From: Takakia lepidozioides
Taxonomy: Eukaryota; Plantae; Bryophyta
DNA: 64,000 nt
NCBI GenBank assembly: GCA_030704615.1
Contig: CM060734.1
Coordinates: 27,838,001-27,902,000, forward strand
Direction of reading: 5' to 3'
Within the stretch, counting starts at the first letter, position 1. Every line of letters starts with the position of its first letter. The translations under genes and the position numbers were made by a program. A model generated the notes under the pieces. That model made no database searches. It worked only from the letters and a program-made list of their open reading frames with translations, and was not told where the DNA came from. Shown piece after piece: positions 38,263 through 50,284 of the stretch.

Positions 38263-38844
38263 TCACGAAGTGGATGGAACTTCGACTGGTCTGAAGACTA
38301 GCTCATGAGTGAGGGGGCTCCTCCAAGTAAAGTGGATTGCAGTCGTTGTGGCGGCCCTTTTCAAGTTGACGACAATGTCGTGCCCTTCAATCAAACCACC
38401 ATCGAATAGGGACAGCTTCACTGTGGGCCCAGAGTCCGCCTCCGTCTCGGGGGACATCCCAATGCGAATGTCCCCATACATTGGATAGGAGGAAGTGCTT
38501 GGTTGGGGAGTGTACGTCTCTTGGATGGAGTTCACCCACGTCCATTGGCAGCAGTTCCACCGCCAAAGCATGGCCGTGCGCACTCTTCCCGCCCGCCCAC
38601 CGTAGGTGGGAAAGTCGGAGTCAACAATGTGGAGGAGCCACGGACTCGATAGACCTAGATCCTCACCCCTCTTGAAAAGGTACTGGCCTGGCAAATACTC
38701 GAACGCTGTCAACGATTCCCGCTTCGCCCCATACTCGTCTGCGAAATCAGTCAACCAAATAACCACGTCTCCTAGTGTTGGCGCAAAGAGTTCGTAATCC
38801 ACGCCTCCATAAGGGCAGTTGATTTCGTTCCGGAAGCACGGCAT
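38263..38844 (-). CDS. ORF-X: intact 193-aa protein of unknown function carried by the element
   Basis: Open from ATG (MPCFRNEINCPYGG) to TGA; homologs at 3-176 and 58910-59225. Confidence 0.75.
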   Translation of the reverse strand: MPCFRNEINCPYGGVDYELFAPTLGDVVIWLTDFADEYGAKRESLTAFEYLPGQYLFKRGEDLGLSSPWLLHIVDSDFPTYGGRAGRVRTAMLWRWNCCQWTWVNSIQETYTPQPSTSSYPMYGDIRIGMSPETEADSGPTVKLSLFDGGLIEGHDIVVNLKRAATTTAIHFTWRSPLTHELVFRPVEVPSTS

Positions 38845-39764
38845 CCTTGCAAAGGAGGGGCGAAGACAGTGTGTACTTTGGACGACAATGAGGTTGCATA
38901 GACCACCCAAGATATTAGAACTTTCCGCTCGTGACACGCGTATGATCACTTGAGGCTCCACCAAATGTAGGAACTGTCCAATAGGTGCAACATGGCAGCC
39001 TCTCCTCCCCTTACCTCTTCATGCCGCTCCCCACGGATGAAAAATGGGCGCCTCATTTTCATCCTCATCCCAGGATGGATAATCATTTTCAATTGTACTC
39101 TCCACAATATGAATACAATATTGTAATCGTTGCCGACTACATTGTAATTATACATGGAAATCGTCTGATCCATGTTTTCATCCTCACCATGAAAGTGCCC
39201 TGGAAAGCACATGATTGGCCATATTGAACGGAAAGGATGTAGTTGGCAGCGACTACATCCCAACTATGCAATGTCGGTCATGATTGGAGGGGATAGTCGC
39301 TGCCGACTTCCCCTACGTATGCCGCAAAATAGAGTCCTTCACTGAAGTCGGTGGCGACTAACACCTACCATGGCCGTAAAGGCCGCGCAACATTGTGGTT
39401 ATGTCCATGGGCACTTACGATCTTCGTACACTATGGTTCTTCTGATTCTTCGGAATTATTTTGAATCTTCACATGCTTTGTGGAGGGAACGTTGTGACTT
39501 GAGATTCGCGCCGACTGTTGCCAACAAAATCCTTAATGGATGGAGATGGATGGAAAAATATTATTGAAAACAAACGGATGAAAATTTCTCAATAATTTCT
39601 GACCGTTGCTAGTACAGTTCGTTAGTCCATTTCACAGATTCCATGCATGCTTGGTGGTGATCGGAGGAGTGTGGACTCCGTGCTCAGAGGCTTTCTGCAT
39701 TTGCCAGTGTACCCCACCCGCGCGTGTTCGGTACCACTGTGGCGCAGTATTGAGGTCGGCCAGT

Positions 39765-42700
39765 ATGGAGTCCTTCGTGCTGCTGAACTACCCACCTGGC
39801 ACGGACGATATCAAGGTCATGGCTGAGGGACAGCATTTCTTTCTCAAGGACAAAGTAATTCGAGGCAGATTTGGCATCGACCCATTCTCGTTGGTTGTTG
39901 AAGAGCCTAAGATTGGTGGCGGTTGCGTCACAACATATCGCATTTTGGATCCAATTCGAGACAATGAGAGAAAATCATGGGTTTTGCCATTTACAGGTGA
40001 AGTGCGATATCGAATGTTTGGAACACCTGCTACATTGGATAGGAATTCCACGACACGTGAACCTGCCACTGTTGCTTCTGTTCCTCAACTTCGCCAACCC
40101 AAAACGGAAAGCATTGAGCTATCTAGTGGGGAGTCAGAGGATTGCGTCGTTTTGAAATCCACCAGTGGAAGGGTGGAGCCCAATTTTCCATCATCGGCCT
40201 CGCCTCCGAAGAAGATGCCGCGCGGCAAGTTTGCTGGTAACAAGGCCAGTCTTCGTCACTCCGGACAATCCATAGTGGACATGCTGAAGCTTCTCCACCT
40301 AGATTCCAAATCCCAGTTGGGGAAGGTGAACTTCGAAGAGAGAGAAGTGAAGCAGGTGAAGTGCCTGCCAAGGGTCGTAAATGGTGATGTTGTGTTCGAA
40401 CTTCCACCAACGTCAAACTCATCCCCAGGAGGCCAGCTTGAGGGCATGGACCGCAAGTACGACGGAAATCCATGGGCGGTGACGAAGACAACGAACTTGA
40501 AGCTTCCTATCATTGGCACAAAAGGCGGGGCCGTCAGGTGAGGTTCTATTTTTCGTGCAAATTGCCGAATGTGTTGTTGTAGTCGGCACCGACCTCCAAA
40601 CTGGGGCCAAAGTCTCGAGAAGTGGACCAAAAAATACATCTCCGAAAACCTTCAACATGCACATATTCAGCTTTGCACGAAGTGGAGAGCAGCAAACACT
40701 GAGGCGGAAGCAGAGGTCTCATTTTTGGCCATCCGAGCATGGTGGTCCTCTTCGGGTGCCGCACGAGATGAAGATGTTCCCGTGATGGAGAGCTGGCTGT
40801 CGTGGTGGACATATCGCTACCCCCAACTTGGAGGCTATGTTCGCAATGTAAGAATTTTGCTTTTCCATGCAATGTCATTTTACGCCCAATATTGCGGATT
40901 TGCTCACGTGAGCAAATCCCGGATTTCATAGTCTGTACCGACTATTACGGTTTCATCGGAACCATTGTATGTTCTTTTTGCAAAACTAACTCTGAGCATG
41001 TATCCGCTCACATGAGCTAAACATTGCTTTCATAGTGGCTCTGCTGACAGTACACAAGAGGACAACATTGTTTATGTAGTGTGTACCGACTATAGCATTA
41101 CAGATTCTTCCATCGGTTGGAATTGCACTATTTTATCTTATAGTCTGCATCGACTATAACATAAGGTTTCCACCTATTTCCTAAATCTGTAGAATTTTTG
41201 TGTTATCACTTGAGCTTAGCCTCCAAGGACGATGGCGTTGCAGATTGTAGTACCATTGAGTGCTTATAGTTTGCACCGACTATAAGGTTATGTGTGAAAA
41301 CTGTGTGCACATTCCCGCCTCGTTTGGAATGGAACAATCGTGGCTTATAGTCTGCACCGACTATAACATAGGCTCCCCAAACTACTGTAAAAGGTTTTGC
41401 CACATGGCAGTACATATGGACTGCTTATAGTGTGCACCGACTTTAAGATTGCGTGTTGGGTGTTGAACCATTCCGTGGCGATGTGTCTTGTAGGGATTGG
41501 ATCTAGAGGACGACGCAGCCATGCCAAATGTGAACATGTCTGAGTCTGTGCATGCGAGCTGGCAGGCCGGCAGTGGTATCTTGAAAGTGGACCTATACAC
41601 AACTAACAAAGACGACATGACAAGGGCTATTATGCAATCATCGTCGTACCACAATTATCTGAAGGGGGGTGCAAAGGATTCCGGTCCCGACCGCGAACAA
41701 TTATTAGCACGGGCGGCAGCGCGGTCTTCAGATCCTCAGAAGACGGCTGAGGCCATAAGAAGTTTTGTGAAGGGCACTCCTCTCCATGGTAGAAATCCTG
41801 GGCTCGAGGGTGACCTTCTCACTCGGACAACGAAGCGGAAGATTGTTCTCGGCAACTTACAAGACGAGGAACACCTTCATTCATGGAGGTCTGACATGAA
41901 CCTCCGCACCACACCCAGACGCCTTGGAGGTGTCGGTGGACAAAGAGTACGCACAACTACTGTGGACATGTCTGTAGACACATTGGAGCATCACCTTCCA
42001 CTACAGAATAGAAAGCCGGTTTTGGAGACCGTCGTGTCCACAGCATGCTGGCACATCGCTCGGATGTCCGACACTTCACAAGTAAAGTGCTGGGCAATAC
42101 GGTCTGACAGTGAAGAAGCGTGTAAAGAAGAAATCCGCCCACTACACAGTTTGGGTGTTCTTGCTCCAAGATATGTTGGTCGACACCATCCTCCGGCTTT
42201 GGCAAAACCAAAGATGATGGAAATGTACGGACATCGTCTACTGCGTCGGTGGTGAAGCGGGGCGATATGTACTCGACAGACCTAATGTTCCCGACGTGTG
42301 GCCTGTCATGGTTGGGACAAATTTAAATCAGGAGGAGGTTGACGCCATCACCAAAGCAGGATTTCGACTTGTTCGTAATGACGACACCAGCAGTGTCGAT
42401 GGAGAGGGAGACAGTGTTGCGGATGATACGAATCACCTGGATCCGGACACATATGCCACCAAGAGATGAGGAAAAATTTATCGAATAAAGCCATTGAGTG
42501 CACAAGCCCGGAAGAAAATCGAGCTGGGCCAATCTTTGAAGGCAATTGTACAATCATTCAAAGATGTTCCCCGCCCTGGAATTGGTCGTGTGTACACACT
42601 GTGCACACCGGGATCGGCCAAAGCAGGGGAGGTCTACAATGTGTGCATCTCCAGAAGTCCAGAGTGCACATGCCCTGACTTTAGCAAAATGAAAAGGGCC

Positions 42701-42853
42701 AAATCCACTTACACTCATTGCAAGCACATATACTTCATTTTGTTGCGCCGCCTCAAGATGCCGGAAGACTCGGCGGACATCAACCACCCTAATCTCACCA
42801 TAAATGAGGTGAAGGCAATGTTAGTTCCCAACCCTTGTCCTTGGTTATCGTAG
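39765..42853 (+). pseudogene. Mutator-like transposase copy 2 (internal deletion of most of the Zn finger and DD core; intron 40848-41493; SWIM)
   Basis: NGDVVFELPP..GMDRKYDGNPW; WGQSLEKWTK..AIRAWWSSSGAA; MPNVNMSESVHASW; YNVCISRSPECTCPDF..CKHIYFIL. Colinear with copy 1. Confidence 0.85.
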
Positions 42854-44812
42854 AGAGCACCCACATATTGTGGCCGACTATGGTGTCATCGGATGCACTA
42901 CTTAGTATGGCCCCAATTCTCACTAAGTACACAGTCGGCTTTTCTGTGCCACCTTCAACTGTTTGGTATGATAGTCCGCTGATGTGCGTGGATCTGAATA
43001 TTGCGGGTTAAAATTTCTCTTGTACTTTGCTTTGACAGCTTCCATGCTCTTCAATGCCGATGTATTGGACAAGGTAACCCACACACACTTTTTGTTTGCA
43101 TGCATTCTGAGCCACTCCAAAACCTGCGGCCGTATCTATGTAATGCGCAGTATGGAGTTTGAAAGACAGAGCCCACTCACTTGCCACATTTCAATTGGGA
43201 CATGAAGTCGATGCCAACTGTAGTCTATGCCGACTATAGTTTGTGCCGATTACACAATACCTCTGCTCATGACCGTAGTTGTAAATTATGAAGGTTGTTG
43301 TATCCTGGGGTGACTAGTCGGTGCCGACTATAATAACACCAACTTCTTTTCGCCACATAATAATAACCAAGTTCTTTTCACCACATTGAAATTGAACAAA
43401 TTTGTAGAATTCGAACAATTCTAATTTGCATGCTCTGTTGTACTCGGTGGCGACTATACCACCCAAAATCCGGGCACGGGTATAGGCGTTCTATCCCCTA
43501 ATTTCAATGATTTTTGGCAAATTCGAAATTGTCCCCTTTATGTATAAACAAGTCGGTACGCGGGGACATCGGGAAGCTTTGTTTTCGGTTCTCATTGTGG
43601 CTCGGTGTAGGTTCGGGCGAGGTTCGGAATACTCCGCTCATGCTCATGCGCTCACCGCTCACCGCTCATGCATTTTTCAATCCCCCCCAAGAGAACAAGG
43701 CCTTAGGAATCTAACCCAATGACGTCAGGGAAGTGAGGGTAGATGTCCATTATTAAGTTTAAGGAGAGGGCAAGCTTGCATGAAGTAGCGAAGCTCTTGT
43801 CAAGTTTCCATTTCTAGCTTAGTGGCGACGGCCATATTGCATGAGACGGAAATTTCCATATTATTAAGTCCATTTACATGTTCATAAGCCCCCTGGCCAT
43901 GGAGGACCATGGGAGGCAGTGCTAACTAGCTTTATAAGTGGTTAAGCTATTTTGTAGAGAGCGCAAAAGAAGACCGAGCCCAACACTAAAGTGTCGGCGC
44001 CTTAGGGGCAGGGCCTAGAATCGCCATGGAAAGGCGCATCTAACACGGGTGACGTGGCCTTCCCCCCGTGGGGGGAGTTGACCCCTGGAGCAAAGTAACG
44101 GATTGCTTACACTACACTGCGTGGCACCCCTTCCACCGAGGATATTTGAAGGCAAATACCCGGCCACTGGGGGGGCCTTGGCCAGGAAACAACAATTGGT
44201 TTTTTTTTCGAGAATTACCTAGAGGTTTGAATTGCTATCATTCACCCGATGGACTGACCATTGAGGTTGAAACTTTGGATCACCCGATGGACTGACCATT
44301 GAGGTTGAAACTTTGGATCGCTCCAAGCAAGGAGGACTGACTTGGGAAAGCGGATCCGGTCCCTTCCTTGGAGGTAAGAAATTCATCCACCTCGGGATTT
44401 AGGGGGGGCATTGGGCGGGAGATAGGTGATCCCCGTTTCCCTGGGCTTGGGATTCGCTTTGTAAAGGGATTTGAAGGTTCGTCCCTGTTATAAGCGTGTT
44501 GGGAGTCCAGGCACGTAGGAAGTAGTAATAAACAAAGACTTGGAAGGCAATTACGATTAAAGACGTAGAAAACCCATAAACAAAACGTAGGACTAGAAAA
44601 CTCGAATCGCCCTGTGAAGTGGAGTTGTGAAGCTTTGATTTGCCTATAGGAAGTAAGAATGTGTTAGATCCAGCCATAGCTGCCGCGGACCCCTACACTT
44701 ACAGCAGCCGGGTAGGCGGTTTGTTGAGCCCAACCTACACTGCAACTTACCACGACCCCCTAGGCTAGTATGTCGTCACCCTGGCCGCGCGCGACTAGGG
44801 CTCGTCATATTT

Positions 44813-44830
44813 TGGTGCGTCTGCCGGGAG
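44813..44830 (+). promoter_or_regulatory. Primer-binding site complementary to tRNA-Gly(UCC)
   Basis: TGGTGCGTCTGCCGGGAG is the complement of the plant tRNA-Gly(UCC) 3' end ...CUCCCGGCAGACGCACCA (tRNA sequence recalled, not looked up); it follows the LTR end after a 5-nt spacer. Confidence 0.8.
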
Positions 44831-45049
44831 GTAAGTGAAAGTCAGGTTTCTCCGTGGTCAGGATGAATGAGGATTTACTGACCATTATTCTTTACCTTGA
44901 TCTTACCTTCGCACTTTGTTTGATGTTTTGTATATTTTATTCGTGTCTCACGCCCAAGGAGGCTGATTGACTACTTTCTGTACATGTAAACAGATTTATC
45001 ACACTTAAGTGTGCATTGGGCTAACCTCATGGCTCTCCTTGAGTTGCAG

Positions 45050-45893
45050 TATGGCTGCATCGTCAGGAGCTTCCCGTCGGAAGCATTCCTTTGAATACCG
45101 GGTGATTGGACTCTATCGCATTATCTCCGGGACCAGGGCTGGAGACGTGCCTGGCCCAGAGGCCACAATAATTTGCAGATTGATGCGACGGCGCATCTTG
45201 ACCATTGCAGAGGAGTATCGGGAGTATTGGATCTCTGCCCGGGTCGGACCCCGAGGCCCCGGAGCCCGGACGGCTCCCATTTCCACATTCTTCCGGTTCA
45301 ACACCCGTTGGCCGGATTGTTGCCAGCCACCTTTCCTCGCTTATAATCATTTTGACTCGGCCCTTGAGGTCCATCTTGCTTGGCAGGTGTCTTATTTGGC
45401 CTGTTGTGCGCTGTGCCGCACCATCACCGATACCCTGCTGTATACGTGCAGCAGGACGATTCAACGGTCGGCCCCGTTGGGAGAGTGCATGGGACGTGCT
45501 ATTTGCGACCATCGCCCCGCCTTTGTGGATTGGTTGATTGGGGTAGGTCCAGGAGAGGACGGGATCGAGGGCGAGAGTCTCCCACATCCGAGGAGGTCTT
45601 GCCGACCCTTCCTGCCACCCCGATATTATCACCGAGGGACCACACCAGCATCTCTTATCCGTGAGTTGATTACATCCGGTTCATTGTCATTATTACACAC
45701 AGTTAGAGACCGGCCAGCAGAGAGCTCTTTCTTTGCATCACCTGCTACAGTTCGTAGGTCGATCCCATTGGATCCAGCCCAGCCAGCGGCCTTTCCTTTT
45801 GACCTGAGGACTCCTCGGGCATATTTGCCTTGGTTACCCTCGCATAGTACATGTGACTTCTTCAGGAGAGAGTGCCCCGAGTGGACCTACTGA
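45050..45893 (+). CDS. Unknown Arg/Pro/Cys-rich ORF between PBS and gag of family C
   Basis: Long open frame (about 280 aa from MAASSG); no recognised motif. Confidence 0.4.
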
Positions 45894-48800
45894 GTACACT
45901 TCCTCAGAGGAGGACGAGGATGAGTCCGCCTCCAGTAGCCATCAAGATCTTAGTGATTAGTGTTGAGATTTTAGGAACTTCTAGCGTGAGGAGTCCTGAG
46001 TCTTCATCTTGGGAAGAATGCAGTAGCAAGAGGCGGTTATGCATTGTTGTATTAAACCAGCCAGGCTACATTATGTTCATCTCATCTTTCCTTGATTAAC
46101 ACATTGTGCAAACAAGTTTGGAATTGTTAAGCACAGTTAAGAGGTTGGTATGTCCTTTGACGAAAAAGTGAAGCGCATTCGACATCGGTTTTTCCACCAA
46201 CCCTTATCTATCCGGGAACGGATCGAAGAATATATCCGGTATCTGGGAGAGAAAAAAATGCATAAGAAACGTTGGATCGACGAAAGAGTTTGGAATACCC
46301 GAATTCTTCCAGACGGCACCACTCAAAACTTTTATTGGTGCCGAGGCCCGAGACAAATTTGTATTTCTGGGTTGTTCCTGTCCAGGTATTCATTTGGGAG
46401 CATTACACCCGAGATCATCCTTCCTAGCCCACTTAAGGTGGCAAGTTGATTTCTTTACTCACTGTGAGTCTTGCCAGTTCTTTGCAAGCCAGCATCTGAT
46501 ACTCTGATCTGAGTGGTCGCATTGTGAAGGACCTTGGCCGGTTGGTTATCCCTTAATGCACCATCGATTGCACACTGACGTGCCTCCATCACCAAGGTTT
46601 CATGGAAGGTATGCAAATTTGACCTCGTTTATTCTTGACATGGTAGTTCAGGGTAATATAGGTCCTTTAGTATAGACTGAGGCAGGAGTGCTAGGGAAAA
46701 ACCCAGCATTGAGTCCAAAGTCAGACTCGGAAACTAGAAGTTTGGGAAAGATAGAGTGGGAAGGAGAGGAAGCTGAAGGCTCTTCGGATGTCGAGTGTTC
46801 ATGAGTGGTTTCCCCTATATCTAGTCCCCCTTATACCCCACCGGCCAGGTCAAGGAGTCCCTCGCCGTCATTAGTGTCAACCATGGCACATATCCCAGGA
46901 CCTCCTGAGTTACCCATTGTGGTTTTAGCAGGCCTACCCCCGCTAACATTGCCCAGGCATCTGCCTTGGTTCTCCGGGGAAAATCCAAAATATCATGTGA
47001 AAAGCTTCATTCAATGTTGTTATTCTAAACAAACACTAAACGATGCTTATTGGCTGATATGGTTTCCCACAACCATGAGAGGAAGAGCATCTACTTGGTA
47101 CTGGCAACAAGCTCCATGTATATTTATTACTTGGCAGCAGATTCGGGACACATTCCTAGATCATTTTTGGGCAGTCCACCAGTTCACTAGTGTCTTCATG
47201 GCACTGGCAAGGATTTGCCAAGGCCCCACGTAGGAGATAGCGGACTTTGAAATGCGATTCAGGGAACTAATGCGACCCCAAAACCCTTTGACCCCCCTAG
47301 ATGATGGGGTACTCAAAGATTGTTTTTTGAGTGGATTATGAGAGGCCACTCACTTTCATGTTTTGCAGCAAAGACCTGCAACTTTGGTAGATGCCATACA
47401 AGCAAGCAAGGAATTCGACAACATGCATCGCCAGGTGTAGATGCATATATTGGTACACTTTTCTTTCAGATCATTTTTTATCATAAGAGAAGCGGTTTCG
47501 GCATTGTACTGCCAAAACAGGTTAGTTTGTTAGTTGTCTAGAAATCATTGGTAAAGCACGTAGGAAATTAGACAGTGTCTGCGACGACCATGGAGTGGAA
47601 CTCTGGCGTCAAGATGACCATAGGAAGTTGCATCGACAGCAGATTAGGCTGTCAATTCGGTACCAGAAACGACAAGTTAATCCTGTTCAAACAATACAGG
47701 ACGACTGTTCCAGCCCCAGATTGCGATCTCTCTTTTCTCCCACCTTTCAAGTCCAGTAGGAACACACGGCGAGGAGTTTGGCAATTGGTGGAAGCGACAT
47801 GTATAGCGATGAAATATCGCAACAAAGCAATTGGCCGCATCGGAATGACAGCAGGTCAGGATGACTTCAAACGGCAAAGCGTGGACTTGTTAGCGGTGCG
47901 GGACAACTGAAGGGGACTCCGGATAACCTATGACTCAGTGGCAGGGTCAAAGGCCCCAGAGCCATCACCAGGGATTTGATTTCCAAAAATACCACAAAAT
48001 CTGTGTGTAGCGAAAATACGACGAATGGCAAGAAGCACAACTTTTTACCACCGATGGAGCTGAGAATTTACAAGCTGATACGGGGTATATAATTGTAGTT
48101 TTTCACCAAGTTTGGTGATTTATGGAACTGATTATCAGTGGGGCAAAATTATTGAGTCGATGGCACTCACAAGGCCTATTATTTGCATTTCTACTTCTTG
48201 GATGGATGAAAAATCTTGGAATTCGCCTTGAGGAGCTGGATGGATGAAATGACAACTTGCGCCAACTGGTCATCCAATTGGATGGATGAAAAGCCAGCTT
48301 TCATTTGCCTCTAAGACTTTTCATCCATGTGGAATAGTATATTATAGATCCTCCAAAGAAACAATAGTTTAATGAATATTTTCCATTAGTCTATTAGGCA
48401 CAACAACAATATAAAAGAGGGGCAAGGCTTCTCTTGTTCTTCATGTAGCTCATTTGCTTAGTTTCCTCTTGCTTGTTGTTGTAGTGCTTGATAGTTTTTG
48501 GCTCGAGGAGGGGCTAGATCCTAGGGAGTGGAGCTTGAAGCTCCCTAGTTAGGTAGGATTCTTGTAAACTAAGGCAAGTGGCCTAGCTTGTGGGCCTTTG
48601 AGCCATTTTCATTTGTGAAGGAAGAGGGCAATTTCATGTGGAGGAAAGTGACTTGAGGACGAGTAGGAGGGGCTGGTATGGACTTATGGACGAGAGCCCA
48701 AGTGGAGGCCGCATAGAGTACCATTACTTGAGTCGATAGAGCATCCCAAGCACTCTCGCATAGAAAGGTTGATCCCATCTTACCATTTCACCATTTGTGT

Positions 48801-49175
48801 ATGTGATTCATTTATTTTCCAAGCAAAGCTTGAAGTTGAAAATATGATTTAGGCTCTTCAAAAGAGGAGAGTGCATTGTGGAATCCCATTATTTCATGTC
48901 TAGAAGTGACAAAGGGAAGACCCCCATAATCTATTGGGAAGGGCACCAATAGAGGCTTGTATTTGAATTGTTGGAAGAATGAATCTTTGTGTTTGATTAC
49001 TAATTTGAAATATAGCCAGCTTTGGTAAAGGCAGGCCAGTAGGCTGGATCTATGATATAAGGCCACTATAAGGCCACTATGTGCTAATCCCCCCCCCCCA
49101 CTAGCAAGCCATGGAGGCCTAGGGGAGGGTGGGTTGTATTTTTTTGTCTTGGGGTTTGGGCGGGCTAATTTCGTT

Positions 49176-49796
49176 TGACACCAGCTGCCCCAAAGTCGAG
49201 CAGCCCGGGAGGAGCCCGGGTGCTGCGCCTAGAGAGTAGGGACTCAATTACTAAAAGAGTGGAGGCAGCCGTGGCCCAGCCACGACGTACGGGAGCGGGG
49301 CCCCAGCGCTGACCTTAAGTCGTACTGAGATCAAATACATCAACCGCATGGCTCAGGCGTGAGACCCTAAAGCGTGCGAGCAGGGTGCGGGTCTTTACCC
49401 GTTGGATACCCAAAAGATGAGACGGGCTGGCGGACGCTGGCGTTAACCGCAGCGGTCCACGGCTTGGACCGCTATGTGCGGATCTGCGCCCCGCCACGTG
49501 GCGCGGGGCGTTTTACCAGCGGGCAATGTGTCTGCAAATTCCCTTAAAGGGGGGTATTCTTACCTTTAGCTATTAGATTCAATTTATACCCCTCTAAGGG
49601 TTAGGAGCCATTATCTAAGGCGCCAGTGGTAGATAAAATCTAGGATTTTGGGAGGACGTAGCCTTGGAGGGGAGCGTTCTTATGATTCCAAGAGAGAGCC
49701 AAGCGGGTCTGGGAGCAGAGGCGGAGACCTCGAGAGACAAGGGAGGAGAGAAAGTACTCTGTCCTAAAAACTCGGCTACAGTGAGCCTTTGTGTCA
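49176..49796. repeat. Possible solo LTR
   Basis: Inverted termini TGACAC...GTGTCA around GC-rich non-coding DNA; no target-site duplication seen. Confidence 0.35.
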
Positions 49797-50284
49797 GAGC
49801 CCAAGGTAGAGGATGATTTTTTCCACGGAAGGAAAATGCACCAGCGCCTTAAAATAATGAAAGGGGTGAAATCTGGCTTGGACCCACCAGTGGTTATTTT
49901 ATTATTTACGCATGCATGTTCTGGACTAACGAATGTAGTGGCAGGATTGAGCTCTCAGCGAGATTCATTCATCCGATAGAGCCGCGGCAGTTCCCCGCGG
50001 CAGGAAACGGTTCCCGGGTGTTCCTCGGTTCTCATTGGGTTCCCAAGGGCATCTTTAGGCGCCAAGGGTATCTTTGGATTCCCCACATGATTTCCCATAG
50101 GAGAGGTAATTTTTCTGATTTTCTTAATTTCTTTTATTTTCCAGCATTTCTAATTTGCAAAATTGCTTACATAGGATAGATGCACGTGGTGCTCGTTATA
50201 GCCTGCAGGGCGTTGATTAAACTGATTGAATTTGTTGAGTTGAGGGGCTTAGAACCACCTTATTGAACTTGGTGAACCTATTGG

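Larger units (their letters stand above)
35621..43456. repeat. More than 30 dispersed 16-bp palindromes TAGTCGGnnCCGACTA, confined to non-coding DNA of copy 2
   Basis: Perfect copies at 35664, 35896, 35949, 37944 and 43315. Imperfect ones cluster at 35621-36040, 37395-38050, 39124-39360, 40580, 40928-41443 and 42865-43456. Confidence 0.95.
33417..43688. mobile_element. MULE-like multi-gene DNA transposon copy 2 (ParB-like gene, ORF-X, transposase, right terminus); left end missing
   Basis: Three genes homologous to those of copies 0, 1 and 3; terminal GCTCA repeats plus C7 at 43636-43688. Confidence 0.8.
43720..47430 (+). mobile_element. 5' part of LTR retrotransposon family C (LTR 43720-44807, tRNA-Gly PBS, extra ORFs, gag), truncated
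   Basis: TGACG...CGTCA termini; PBS at 44813-44830; gag-like ORF 46805-47233 (FSGENPKYHVKSF..FPTTMRGRASTWY..TWQQIRDTFLDHF). Confidence 0.8.

Noticed and set aside
35621-43456. CRISPR repeats or MITE TIRs as explanation of the 16-bp palindromes
   Set aside because: Spacing is irregular over 8 kb, whole genes lie between clusters, and there are no TSDs.
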